From positions 1,709 through 65,708 of the forward strand of contig CAVPLM010000017.1 in the NCBI GenBank assembly GCA_963706025.1: a stretch of DNA of 64,000 nucleotides, read 5' to 3'. The position numbers were made by a program, and so were the translations under genes. Source of the DNA: an uncultured Actinomycetes bacterium. GTDB taxonomy: Bacteria; Actinomycetota; Thermoleophilia; RBG-16-64-13. Position 1 is the first letter of the stretch. Every line of letters begins with the position of its first letter. Shown here piece by piece: positions 32,746 through 42,480 of this stretch. The notes beneath the pieces are model-generated. The model did not search any database. It was given only the letters and a program-made list of their open reading frames with translations, and was not told the origin of the DNA.

Positions 32746-35340
32746 ATGGCGGGAAGCGAGAAGCGTGGCAAGGGAGGCGAGAGGACGATCGTCCGCGACA
32801 TCAGCTGGTGCGGCGTCTTCAACGGCGCCAACGCCTGCATGGTGGATGTCAAGGACGGCAAGATGCTTCGCATCCGACCGGCCCGCTACTACGAGCAGTA
32901 CACCAAAGAAGAGGTCAAGCCGTGGGTGATGCATGCCCGGGGCAAGACCTTCGAGCCTAGTGAGAAGAGCCTCGCGCCTCCGCTCAGCCTGGGCTACAAG
33001 AAGCGGGTTTACTCCCCCGCCCGCATCCGCTACCCCATGAAACGGGTGGACTTCGATTCCAACGGGGAGCGCAATCCCCAGAACCGGGGCGTCAGCAAGT
33101 ACGAGCGCATCAGCTGGGACGAGGCCCTCGACATCATCGCGAGCGAGATGATCCGGATCAAGGAGACGTACGGCCCGACCGCCATCCTCAACCAGTCCGA
33201 CCAGCACGGCGAGAACAAGTGCGTCCACGGCCCCCACGGCTGCATGCGCAAGCTGCTGAACCTGTTCGGCGGTTACACCCTGCAGGTCCGCCAGCCCGAC
33301 AGCTGGGAAGGCTGGTGGTGGGGGGCCAAGCACGTATGGGGTTGCGAACCGGTGGGCCAGCAGATGCCGCAGAAGAACCTGCTCTACGACATCTCCAAGA
33401 ACACCGAGCTTCTGCTGTTCTGGGGGTGCGACCAGGAGACCACGGTCTGGGGCTGGCAGGGTCAACTCACGAGCCGCCTCAGCTACTGGTGGACGGACCT
33501 CGGCATCAAGCAGATCTACATCGCCCCCGACGTCAACTACGCGGCTGCGGTGCACGCCGACAAGTGGATCCCCATCCTGCCCAACACCGACGCGGCCCTC
33601 TATCTGGCCATCTGCTATCAGTGGTTCAGAAACGGCACCTACGACAAGGAGTACCTGGAGACCCACGCTTATGGCGTCGACAAGTTCGAGGATTACGTGA
33701 TGGGCAAGGAGGATGGGATTCCCAAGACCCCGGAATGGGCCTCCCCGATCACCGGCGTGCCCTCGCGCATCATCAAGGCTCTGGCCGATGAATGGGCCTC
33801 CAAGCGGACCACCATATGCATCGGCAACGGGGGCCCCGGCATCCGCGGCCCCTATGCCACCGAGCCCGCTCGGCTGCAGGTCATCTGCCTGGCCATGCAA
33901 GGCCTGGGCAAGCCCGGCTGTAACCAGTCCAAGATGATCGAGTGGGGCCTGCTCGACAACTTCGAGCAGATGTCGCCGCCGGCTCCGTCGGTGTTGACCC
34001 ACCTTGTCGAGGCGTACACCGGCAGCACCCCCATGGAAACGAATCATCCGTCGTTCCTGCCCAAGACCCTGGTGCCCAAGGCCATCCTGGAGGGCGCGTG
34101 CGATTGGTGGGGGAACGAGCACGAGTTCACCTCTCGGGAGAACCAGTTCGTCCACTACAACTACCCGGCCGAGGGCTGCTCGCGGGTCCACATGATCTGG
34201 ACCGACTCGCCCTCCTGGATCACCTGCTGGAACGACGGCAACAACTTCATCCGGGCCATGCGCCATCCCGACATCGAGTTCATCCTGTGCCAGCATCCCT
34301 GGCTGGAGAACGACGCTCTCTTCGCCGACGTCATCCTGCCGGTCAACACCATGTTGGAGGAAGACGACATCGGTAGCGACATCTTCAGCGGGCAGATGAA
34401 TCTGCTGTTTCCAGAGCCGCGATGCATCGAGCCTCTGGGCGAGTCCCTAAGTGATTACGAGATCGTGTGCAAGATCGCCGAGCGGTTGGGGCTGTTGGAG
34501 GAGTACACGGGCGGGAAGACCATCCCCGAACTGATCAAGCTCGGCTACGAGACTTCCCGGGCCGCTCACCTCGTCAGTTGGGAAGAGCTGAACGAGAAGG
34601 GCTACTACGTGATCCCTCCCGACCCCGATTGGGAGAAGATCCCCGCCGGCCTCATCGACTTCTACAACGATCCGGAGAGGTATCCGCTTTCCACGCCGAC
34701 CGGCAAGCTCGAGTTCTACTCCACCGGCCTAGCCGAGCACTTCCCCGACGACCAAGAGCGGGGGCCGGTGCCCAAGTGGATCGCGAAGGGGGAGAGCCAT
34801 GAGGAGACCGTCGGCACAGAGCGCAGCAAGAAGTATCCGCTCCTGGTCATGAGCAACCACCCCCGCTGGGGAGTGCACTCCCAGCACGAAGACATCACCT
34901 GGCTGAGGGAGATCGAGACTTGTAAGGTCAGAGGACCGGACGGCTATCAGTACCACCCCCTGTGGATCAACCCGGTGGACGCCGCAGCCCGGGGCATCAG
35001 GAAGGGCGACGTGGTCAGCGTGTTCAATGAGCGGGGCACGGTCCTCGCGGGGGCCTACGTGACCCAGCGCATCATGCCCGGGGTAGTGGGCATGGACCAT
35101 GGGGCCAAATACGATTGCATCGTCCCCGGGGAGATCGACCGGGGCGGGGCCATCAACAGCATCGTGCCCAGGAACACCACCTCCAAGAACGCCGTGGGGA
35201 TGGTGGTCTCCGGCTTCCTGGCGGAAGTAGAGAAGACCGACCTGGAAGAACTGAAGCGCAAATACCCGGAAGCCTTCGAAAAGCCGTTCCATCCGTGTGC
35301 CGGACCGGGGCTCGAGGCCTGCATCCTAGGAGGAGAATGA
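32746..35340 (+). CDS. Transhydroxylase-family large subunit, copy alpha4
   Basis: ATG 32746 behind GAAGGGGGA (the track ORF starts at an upstream TTG, 32728). Intact. Very similar to alpha2 by eye. Confidence 0.85.
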   Translation: MAGSEKRGKGGERTIVRDISWCGVFNGANACMVDVKDGKMLRIRPARYYEQYTKEEVKPWVMHARGKTFEPSEKSLAPPLSLGYKKRVYSPARIRYPMKRVDFDSNGERNPQNRGVSKYERISWDEALDIIASEMIRIKETYGPTAILNQSDQHGENKCVHGPHGCMRKLLNLFGGYTLQVRQPDSWEGWWWGAKHVWGCEPVGQQMPQKNLLYDISKNTELLLFWGCDQETTVWGWQGQLTSRLSYWWTDLGIKQIYIAPDVNYAAAVHADKWIPILPNTDAALYLAICYQWFRNGTYDKEYLETHAYGVDKFEDYVMGKEDGIPKTPEWASPITGVPSRIIKALADEWASKRTTICIGNGGPGIRGPYATEPARLQVICLAMQGLGKPGCNQSKMIEWGLLDNFEQMSPPAPSVLTHLVEAYTGSTPMETNHPSFLPKTLVPKAILEGACDWWGNEHEFTSRENQFVHYNYPAEGCSRVHMIWTDSPSWITCWNDGNNFIRAMRHPDIEFILCQHPWLENDALFADVILPVNTMLEEDDIGSDIFSGQMNLLFPEPRCIEPLGESLSDYEIVCKIAERLGLLEEYTGGKTIPELIKLGYETSRAAHLVSWEELNEKGYYVIPPDPDWEKIPAGLIDFYNDPERYPLSTPTGKLEFYSTGLAEHFPDDQERGPVPKWIAKGESHEETVGTERSKKYPLLVMSNHPRWGVHSQHEDITWLREIETCKVRGPDGYQYHPLWINPVDAAARGIRKGDVVSVFNERGTVLAGAYVTQRIMPGVVGMDHGAKYDCIVPGEIDRGGAINSIVPRNTTSKNAVGMVVSGFLAEVEKTDLEELKRKYPEAFEKPFHPCAGPGLEACILGGE

Positions 35341-36164
35341 TGGGCAAGGTAATGGTCATTGATCTGGCCATCTGCAACGGCTGCCACAACTGCCAGGTGG
35401 CCTGCAAAGACGAGCACGTGGCCAACGACTGGTCGCCTATCGCCAAACCGCAGCCCGATACGGGCCAGTTCTGGAACAAGGTGATCAACCTGGAGCGGGG
35501 CACGGTGCCCAAGGTGCAGGTGACCTACCATCACTCCATCTGCCAGCACTGCGAAGAGGCTCCGTGCATCGAGTCCTGTAACGCTCATGCCATCTACCGT
35601 CGAGCGGACGGCATCGTCATCATCGACCCAGAGAAATGCCGGGGAAACCAGCTCTGTCTGGAGGCCTGCCCCTACGAGAACGTCATCTACTTCAACGACG
35701 ACCTCAACATCGCCCAGAAATGCACCTTCTGCGCTCACCTTCTGGACCAGGGCTGGACGGAGACCCGCTGCTCGGATGCCTGTCCCACGGGAGCATTCAC
35801 CTTCGGAGACGAAGACGACCTCGCCGAAGTGATCGCGAAAGCCGAGCTCCTGAAACCGGAGCTCCCTACCCGCCCCCGGGTCTACTACCTACACCTGCCC
35901 AAGAAGTGGATCGCCGGGGCCGTCTATGACTCCGAAGCCGATGAGTGCACGGAAGGAGCCACCGTCACCGCCACCAACCGGGAGACAGGGGAGAAGGTAG
36001 CCGCGACCACCGATAACTACGGCGACTTCTGGCTCAAGGACCTCCCGGATGGCACCTACACGCTGCTCATCGAGAAGGAGGGGTATCTCACCCAGAAGCT
36101 GGGTCCCGTAGACGCCACCCAAGAGGACCAGAACCTGGGCGATATCGTGCTCTGGAAGGCCTAG
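35337..36164 (+). CDS. Transhydroxylase-family small FeS subunit, beta2
   Basis: ATG 35337 overlaps the alpha4 stop. MMGKVMVIDLAICNGCHNCQVACKDEH, CQHCEEAPC, CTFCAHLLDQGW, PRVYYLHLPKK, Ig-like tail. Confidence 0.85.
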   Translation: MMGKVMVIDLAICNGCHNCQVACKDEHVANDWSPIAKPQPDTGQFWNKVINLERGTVPKVQVTYHHSICQHCEEAPCIESCNAHAIYRRADGIVIIDPEKCRGNQLCLEACPYENVIYFNDDLNIAQKCTFCAHLLDQGWTETRCSDACPTGAFTFGDEDDLAEVIAKAELLKPELPTRPRVYYLHLPKKWIAGAVYDSEADECTEGATVTATNRETGEKVAATTDNYGDFWLKDLPDGTYTLLIEKEGYLTQKLGPVDATQEDQNLGDIVLWKA

Positions 36165-36218
36165 GGCGGGGTCCTGGAGACGACCCCGGGCATCTGATCG
36201 CCTACCCAACGGAGGAGA

Positions 36219-37052
36219 GTGTCGATGGCAAGGTCCGGGGGCCGGCCGAGATCACCCGTTCATGATCAGTCAGGGGAGGAGAGCGATCTCTTCGTCCAGG
36301 CTCTTGCCCGCGGTCTCACGATCCTGGCGCTCTTCGACATCGAGCATCCCCAGTGGAGTCTGAGCGAGATCTGTGCGCGCACCGGCATCTCCAAGACCAC
36401 GGCCTACCGCATGTTGCGGACCCTGGAGTGGAAGGACTTCGTGGTCTTCGATCCCGAGACCGACCTCTACCATCTGGGCAGGGCCACGATCCCGGGGGCC
36501 TACCTGGCGCTGTCGTCCGTCAGCTTCGTACGTGCCGTTCATCCGTTCCTGGAGGAATTGGCCGAAGCTACGGGGGAGACGGTGGAGCTCACGGTGGAGG
36601 GGGCCGGAGGAGCGGTAGTGGTCGATCAGGTTGCCACCACCCATCCGTTCAAGCCCAACCTCCCCATCGGCCGTGTCCTCTCCAGCGTGGCCAATTCATC
36701 CTTTCGCATGCATGTGGCTTTCAGGCCTGAAGCGGAGCGACAGAAGATCTTGCGTTCCGCCCAACTGAGGTTCACTCCGAACACCGTGACCGATCCCGAA
36801 GAGATCGAGAACCAACTGGCCGCGGCCATCCGCGACGGCGTCTCGTACGACATCGAGGAGCAGGACCTCGGCGTGTGCGCGGTCTCCGCGCCGGTCTTCG
36901 GCGCAGATCGCGGCGTGAGGGCGGTTGTCACCGTCGTGGCGCCATCCGAGCGTTTCGGGCAGCGAGAAAAAAGGAAGAACACAGAGGCGGTGAAGAACAT
37001 CGCGGCGGAGATGACCCGCTACCTGAGCCGGGTGACATCCACCGCTCGTTGA
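36219..37052 (+). CDS. IclR-family transcriptional regulator
   Basis: 277 aa. LARGLTILALFD...WSLSEICARTGISKTTAYRMLRTLE winged HTH plus an IclR effector domain. Confidence 0.8.
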   Translation: MSMARSGGRPRSPVHDQSGEESDLFVQALARGLTILALFDIEHPQWSLSEICARTGISKTTAYRMLRTLEWKDFVVFDPETDLYHLGRATIPGAYLALSSVSFVRAVHPFLEELAEATGETVELTVEGAGGAVVVDQVATTHPFKPNLPIGRVLSSVANSSFRMHVAFRPEAERQKILRSAQLRFTPNTVTDPEEIENQLAAAIRDGVSYDIEEQDLGVCAVSAPVFGADRGVRAVVTVVAPSERFGQREKRKNTEAVKNIAAEMTRYLSRVTSTAR

Positions 37053-37093
37053 CTCCGGCCTCGGACAGTGGCATAGTGTACCAGCGGACGAAG

Positions 37094-37121
37094 GCGGAAT
37101 AGAGATTCCGCTAGTCGGAAT
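37094..37121. promoter_or_regulatory. Candidate operator: GCGGAAT-AGAG-ATTCCGC palindrome plus a third CGGAAT half-site
   Basis: 7+4+7 perfect inverted repeat at 37094-37111 and CGGAAT again at 37116-37121. It lies 40-65 nt upstream of alpha5, just downstream of the IclR gene. Confidence 0.35.
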
Positions 37122-37160
37122 AGGGGAGTAGAAGAGAGCAAGCAGTACTAAGGAGGCACT

Positions 37161-39761
37161 ATGGCGGAAGACCGGGCCAAGAACAGCAAGTCGGGCGAAC
37201 GCACGCTGATACGGGACATCAGCTTCTGCGGCGTGCCCGAGAACGGCTCCAACGCATCGATGGTGGACGTCAAGGACGGCAAGATCATCCGTATCCGCCC
37301 GATGCACTACGACTGGAAGTACGATCCCGAGAAGGATATGAACCCGTGGAAGTTCGAAGTGCGCGGCAAGACCTTCGAACCCAGCATGAAGACCCTCATC
37401 CCACCGTACTCCATCGCCTACAAGAAGCGCGTCTATTCGCCTGCCCGCATCCGCTATCCCATGATGCGGGTCGACTTCGATCCGAACGGAGAGCGCAACC
37501 CGCAGAACCGGGGCGTCAGCAAATACAAGCGCATCTCCTGGGACGAGGCTCTCGACATCATCACCGGCGAGATGAGCCGCATCAAGGAAAAATACGGGCC
37601 CACCGCCGTTCTCTACGAGAGCGACCAGCACGGCGAGAACAAAGTGGTGCAGGCCTGCCACGGCGCCGGCCGGAAGCTGCTGCGTCTGTGGGGCGGCTTC
37701 ACCCAGCAGAACCGTCAGCCCGACAGCTGGGAAGGCTGGTGGTTCGGGAGCAAGCACTTCTGGGGTTGCGAGCCCGTCGGTCAAGGGAAGCAGAGCAACC
37801 TGCTCTACGACATGTCCAAGAACGCCGAACTGCTCCTGTTCTGGGGCTGCGACCAGGAGACGACCCCATGGGGCTGGCAGGGCCAGCTCCCCAGCCGTCT
37901 CAGCTACTACTGGACGGAACTCGGCATCAAGCAGATCTACGTGTGCCCCGACCTCAACTACGCCGCCGCCGTCCATGCCGACAGGTGGATCCCGGTCCTG
38001 CCGAACACCGACGCGGCACTGTATCTGGCAATCACCTACCAGTGGTTCAAGGACGGCACCTACGACAAGGAATACCTCGCTACTCATGCCGTCGGCGTGG
38101 ACAAGTACGAGGCCTACGTCATGGGCGAAGAGGACGGCGTTCCCAAAACGCCTGAGTGGGCGGCGCCGATCACCGGCGTGCCTGCACGTGTGATCAAGGC
38201 GCTGGCCAAAGAGTGGGCCTCCAAGCGCACTACCGTCGTCATCGGTAACGGCGGCCCCGGCATCCGCGGACCTTATGCGACCGAAGCGGCTCGTCTGCAG
38301 TGCGTTTGTCTGGCCATGCAGGGCCTAGGCAAGCCGGGTGTCAATCAGGCCAAGATGATCGAGTGGGGGCTCTTCGACAAGCCGGATCAGTACGCTCAAC
38401 CCAAGCCACTGCGTGTGCCCAACCTGCGTGCTGCGTACACCGGCGGTCACCCGGACGAGACCAACCATCCGTCTTTCATCCCCAAGACGTATATCCCCAA
38501 GGCCATCCTTGAAGGCGAATGCGATTGGTACGGCGTCGAGTGCGAGACGGCCGACCGCACAGATCAGTTCGTGCACTACAAATACCCGGCCGACGGCTGC
38601 TCCCAGGTCCACATGGTCTGGACCGACTCGCCGTCCTGGATCACATGCTGGAACATGGGCAACGAGTATATCCAAGCCATGCGCCATCCCTCCATCGAGT
38701 TCATGTTCTGCCAGCACCCGTGGCTCGAGAATGACGCCCTGCTGGCCGACATCATCCTGCCGGTCAACACGAAGCTCGAAGAGGACGATATCGCCGGCGA
38801 CATCTTCAGCGGCCAGTACAACCTGCTCTTCCCCGAGCACAAATGCATCGAGCCGCTGGGTGAGTCCTACAGCGACTACGAGATCGTCTGCATGATCGCC
38901 AAGCGTCTAGGCCTGTACGAGGAGTACACCAAGGGCAAGTCCATCCCCGAGCTGATCAAGTACGGTTGGGAGACCTCCCGTTGCGCCGACCTCATTACCT
39001 GGGAGGAGCTCAACGAGAAAGGCTACCTCGTGATCCCAACCGCCGATGGCTGGGAGAACGAACCGGCCGGCTTCGAACTCTTCTACAAGGACCCGGAGAA
39101 CTACCCGCTCTCAACACCGACCGGCAAGCTCGAGTTCGAGTCCACCGGCCTACTCGAGCACTTCCCGGACGACCTGGAACGGCCGCCGGTACCGAAGTGG
39201 ATCGCCCAAGGCATCAGCCACGAGGAGACCATCGGCACCGAGCGCTCCAAGAAGTATCCGCTGCTCGTCTGTTCCAACCACCCGCGTTGGGGCGTGCACT
39301 CGCAGCACGACGACATCACCTGGCTGCGTGAGATCGAGACCTGCAAGATGACCGGTCCGGACGGCTACCAGTACCACACGGTCTGGCTGCATCCGTCGAC
39401 GGCCGAGTCACGCGGCATCAAACACGGGGATATAGTGTCCATCTTCAACGAGCGCGGCACCGTGCTCGGCGGCGCGTACGTCACCGAGCGCCTCATGCCG
39501 GGCGTCGTCTACATCGACCATGGCGCCAAGTGGGACCCGATCGAGCCAGGCGTGATCGATCGTGGAGGCGCCATCAACACCATCGTTCCCAAGAACACCA
39601 CCTCGAAGAACGCGGTGGGCCATGCGGTCAGTGGCTTCCTGGCCGAAATCGAGAAGACCGACATGGAGGAGCTGAAGCGCAAGTATCCGGAAGCCTTCGA
39701 AAAGCCCTTCCACCCCTGTGCGGGTCCCGGTTTAGAGGCCTGCATCATGGGAGGTGAATGA
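37161..39761 (+). CDS. Transhydroxylase-family large subunit, copy alpha5
   Basis: Intact 866 aa. RBS AAGGAGG. Same clade as alpha2-4 but the most divergent (for example WWFGSKHFWGCEPVGQGKQSNLL). Confidence 0.85.
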   Translation: MAEDRAKNSKSGERTLIRDISFCGVPENGSNASMVDVKDGKIIRIRPMHYDWKYDPEKDMNPWKFEVRGKTFEPSMKTLIPPYSIAYKKRVYSPARIRYPMMRVDFDPNGERNPQNRGVSKYKRISWDEALDIITGEMSRIKEKYGPTAVLYESDQHGENKVVQACHGAGRKLLRLWGGFTQQNRQPDSWEGWWFGSKHFWGCEPVGQGKQSNLLYDMSKNAELLLFWGCDQETTPWGWQGQLPSRLSYYWTELGIKQIYVCPDLNYAAAVHADRWIPVLPNTDAALYLAITYQWFKDGTYDKEYLATHAVGVDKYEAYVMGEEDGVPKTPEWAAPITGVPARVIKALAKEWASKRTTVVIGNGGPGIRGPYATEAARLQCVCLAMQGLGKPGVNQAKMIEWGLFDKPDQYAQPKPLRVPNLRAAYTGGHPDETNHPSFIPKTYIPKAILEGECDWYGVECETADRTDQFVHYKYPADGCSQVHMVWTDSPSWITCWNMGNEYIQAMRHPSIEFMFCQHPWLENDALLADIILPVNTKLEEDDIAGDIFSGQYNLLFPEHKCIEPLGESYSDYEIVCMIAKRLGLYEEYTKGKSIPELIKYGWETSRCADLITWEELNEKGYLVIPTADGWENEPAGFELFYKDPENYPLSTPTGKLEFESTGLLEHFPDDLERPPVPKWIAQGISHEETIGTERSKKYPLLVCSNHPRWGVHSQHDDITWLREIETCKMTGPDGYQYHTVWLHPSTAESRGIKHGDIVSIFNERGTVLGGAYVTERLMPGVVYIDHGAKWDPIEPGVIDRGGAINTIVPKNTTSKNAVGHAVSGFLAEIEKTDMEELKRKYPEAFEKPFHPCAGPGLEACIMGGE

Positions 39762-40591
39762 TGGGCAAGGTCCTTGTCATCAACTATGACATCTGTAACG
39801 GCTGCTACAACTGCCAGGTGGCCTGCAAGGACGAGCACGTGGCCAACGACTGGTCGCCTATCGCCAAGCCGCAGCCGGACACCGGCCAGTTCTGGAACAA
39901 GGTCTACGACAACGTCCGCGGCCAGGTACCCAAGGTCAAGGTGACTTACGAGCACAGCATCTGCCAGCACTGCGACGAGGCTCCCTGCATCGAGGCCTGC
40001 AACGTGCACGCTATCTACAAGCGCGACGATGGGGCGGTCATCATCGACCCCGACAAATGCCGCGGCAACCAGATGTGCATCGCGGCCTGCCCGTACGAGA
40101 ACGTGATCTACTTCAACGACATGCTCAACATCGCTCAGAAGTGCACCTTCTGCGCACACCTCCTGGATGACGGTTGGGCGGAGCCCCGTTGCGCGGATGC
40201 CTGCCCCACCGGTGCCTTCACGTTCGGCGAGGAGGACGATCCCAAGATCAAGGAGCTCATCGCCAAGGCGGAGCCGCTCAAGCCGGAACTGGAAGTCAAG
40301 CCGCGGGTGTACTACATCGGTCTGCCCAAGAAGTTCATCGCCGGGGCGCTGTTCGATCAGGAGGTCGACGAGTGCGCCGAAGGCGCTACCGTCAAGGCCA
40401 CCAACACCGAGACAGGCGACAAGTACCAGGCCACGAGCGACAGCTACGGCGACTTCTGGCTGAACGGCCTGAAGAACGGCACCTACACCTTGCTGATCGA
40501 GAAGCCCGGGTACCTGACGCAGAAGTTCGGCCCTGTCGATGTCACTCAGAAGGACATGAACGTGGGCGACATCGCCATCTGGAAGGCGTAG
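39758..40591 (+). CDS. Transhydroxylase-family small FeS subunit, beta3
   Basis: Overlaps the alpha5 stop. MMGKVLVINYDICNGCYNCQVACKDEH... Close paralogue of beta2. Confidence 0.85.
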   Translation: MMGKVLVINYDICNGCYNCQVACKDEHVANDWSPIAKPQPDTGQFWNKVYDNVRGQVPKVKVTYEHSICQHCDEAPCIEACNVHAIYKRDDGAVIIDPDKCRGNQMCIAACPYENVIYFNDMLNIAQKCTFCAHLLDDGWAEPRCADACPTGAFTFGEEDDPKIKELIAKAEPLKPELEVKPRVYYIGLPKKFIAGALFDQEVDECAEGATVKATNTETGDKYQATSDSYGDFWLNGLKNGTYTLLIEKPGYLTQKFGPVDVTQKDMNVGDIAIWKA

Positions 40592-40641
40592 CCGCCGCTC
40601 GATCGACCTCGGGAGCGCTGTGTTAGACAGGATGACCGACT

Positions 40642-40671
40642 GGGGGCCCGCCTTCTAGGAGGCGGGCCCCC
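40642..40671 (+). terminator. Hairpin terminator after beta3
   Basis: GGGGGCCCGCC-ttctagga-GGCGGGCCCCC, 11-bp stem. Confidence 0.45.
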
Positions 40672-40827
40672 GCCGCTCTGTTGCGTGGTGCGTGGACTTG
40701 GCGAAGTGACTAGAATGTAAGTGCGCACTAAGTTACAGAAAGGGGGTTGGAGCAGGCTGGTTCGGTTAGGACTATGAGCGATTGCAGACGCGACGAGGAA
40801 CGGGACTAGTCCTAGGAGGAGGGAACC

Positions 40828-42276
40828 ATGGATGACCGTGATAGAGACGTGAGCATCCGACAAGTAAGCCGCCGCGAGTTCCTGAAGATAGCAGGTGCCG
40901 CCGGCGCAGCCGTCGGCCTGGGCGCAGGACTTGGCGGCCTGGTGGCCGCATGCGGCGAAGAAGAGACTACGACTACCACTGCGGCGCGCCACTACTACCA
41001 CCGCGGGTGCGACCACGACCACCGCCGGAGCCACCACGACTACAGCGGGCGCGCCGGCGGCCGGCAGAGAGATCAAGATAGGCTTCGTGGCGCCCCTCAC
41101 AGGCCCTCTGGCCAGCTTTGGGGTGGCCGACCGATACTGCCTGGAGCGCTGGGAGGAGTATGTCGTCGACGGGCTGGATTGCGGAGACGGCAAGACGCAC
41201 CCGATCAAGTTCTACCTCCAAGGACAGCCAGTCCGATACCAACCGCGCAGCGCAGGTGGCCGGCGACCTCATCCTCAACGAGAAGATCGACATCATGATG
41301 GTCGCCTCCACTCCGGAGACGGTCAGCCCGGTGGCGGATCAGTGCGAGGCCGATGAGCATGCCCTGCTACAGCAACGATGCGCCGTGGCAGGCCTACTTC
41401 TTCGGTCGCGGCGCGAGCGTGGATACGCCCTTCAAGTGGACCTACCATCATTTCTGGGGTCTCGAGGACATCATCGCCGTCTACTTGGCCGCCTGGGAGA
41501 AGTCGGGCAACGAATAAGATCGTCGGGGCGATGTGGCCGAACGACTCGGACGGGAACGCGTTCTCCGATCCCAACACGGGTTTCCCGGCCGCCATCATGC
41601 CCGCTGGGCTACACGATAGTCGACCCGGGTCGGTATCAGAACGGCAGCGAGGACTTCACCGCTCAGATATCGCAGTTCAAGAACGAGGGATGCGAGATCA
41701 TCACCGGGGTACCCATCCCCCCCGATTTCACCAACTTCTGGAAACAGGCCACGCAGCAGGGCTTCCAGCCTAAGGTTGGCAGCATCGCCAAGGCCTTGGA
41801 CCTCCCTTCGGGCGTCGAGGCGCTGGGAGACGCCGGCAACAACTTCACGGTCGAGTGTCAGTGGACCCCGCGGATGCCGTTCAAGTCGTCACTCACCGGT
41901 GAGACCTGTCAGCAGTTTGCCGACGAGTTCGAGAAACGTGCCGGCATTCAGTGGGCCCAGTATCTGCTGCACTATGCCGTCTTCGAGGTGGTCGCGGATG
42001 CGCTCGGGCGGTGCGCGGATGTCGACGACAAAGAAGCCATCATCGAAGCGATCGGCACTACGAAGTTGGATACGATAGCGGGTCCGGTCGACTTCACCTC
42101 GCCGGTATGCGAAGGCACCATGCATCCGGTCAAGAACGTATACCGATCCCCGCTGGTGAGGGGCCAGTGGGTCAGGAGTGAGCGAGCAAAGTACAAGTAC
42201 GAGTTCGTCGTAGTCGACAACACCAACTACCCGACGATCGAGGTCGATGCGCGAGCTCCTGCCGCTGGAGTACTGA
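40828..42276 (+). pseudogene. LivK-type (type-1 PBP) ABC substrate-binding lipoprotein SBP1, at least 4 frameshifts
   Basis: TAT-like SRREFLKIAG plus lipobox LVAACG, then a Thr-rich linker. Collinear pieces in ORFs 40828.., 40895.. and 41118.. (REIKIGFVAPLTGPLASFG, DSQSDTNRAAQV, FTAQISQFKNEGCEII). Probable end ...LLPLEY with stop at 42274-42276. Confidence 0.7.
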
Positions 42277-42308
42277 ACGCCGACCCGACCTTGAGATAGG
42301 AGAGAGGT

Positions 42309-42335
42309 GCGACCCGCGGGTAGCCCGCGGGTCGC
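42309..42335 (+). terminator. Hairpin after SBP1
   Basis: GCGACCCGCGGG-tag-CCCGCGGGTCGC, 12-bp perfect stem. Confidence 0.4.
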
Positions 42336-42480
42336 GGGTCATGGCCGAGGCTCGGTGCTCTGGGGATTTGGGCGTGTTCCAGTGAAAGGGGGCTTGGAAG
42401 GCTGATCTCGTCAGGAAAATGGCCCTGAAGAAGAGGGGCAGCGCGCGTGACTACAATCACCACAGCCCAGGGAGGAATCA

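Larger units (their letters stand above)
27372..35340 (+). repeat. Tandem array of three ~2.6-kb paralogous large-subunit genes (alpha2-alpha3-alpha4), including duplicated leaders
   Basis: Long stretches of identical amino acids and nucleotides between the three copies. A fourth copy lies at 37161-39761. Confidence 0.85.
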
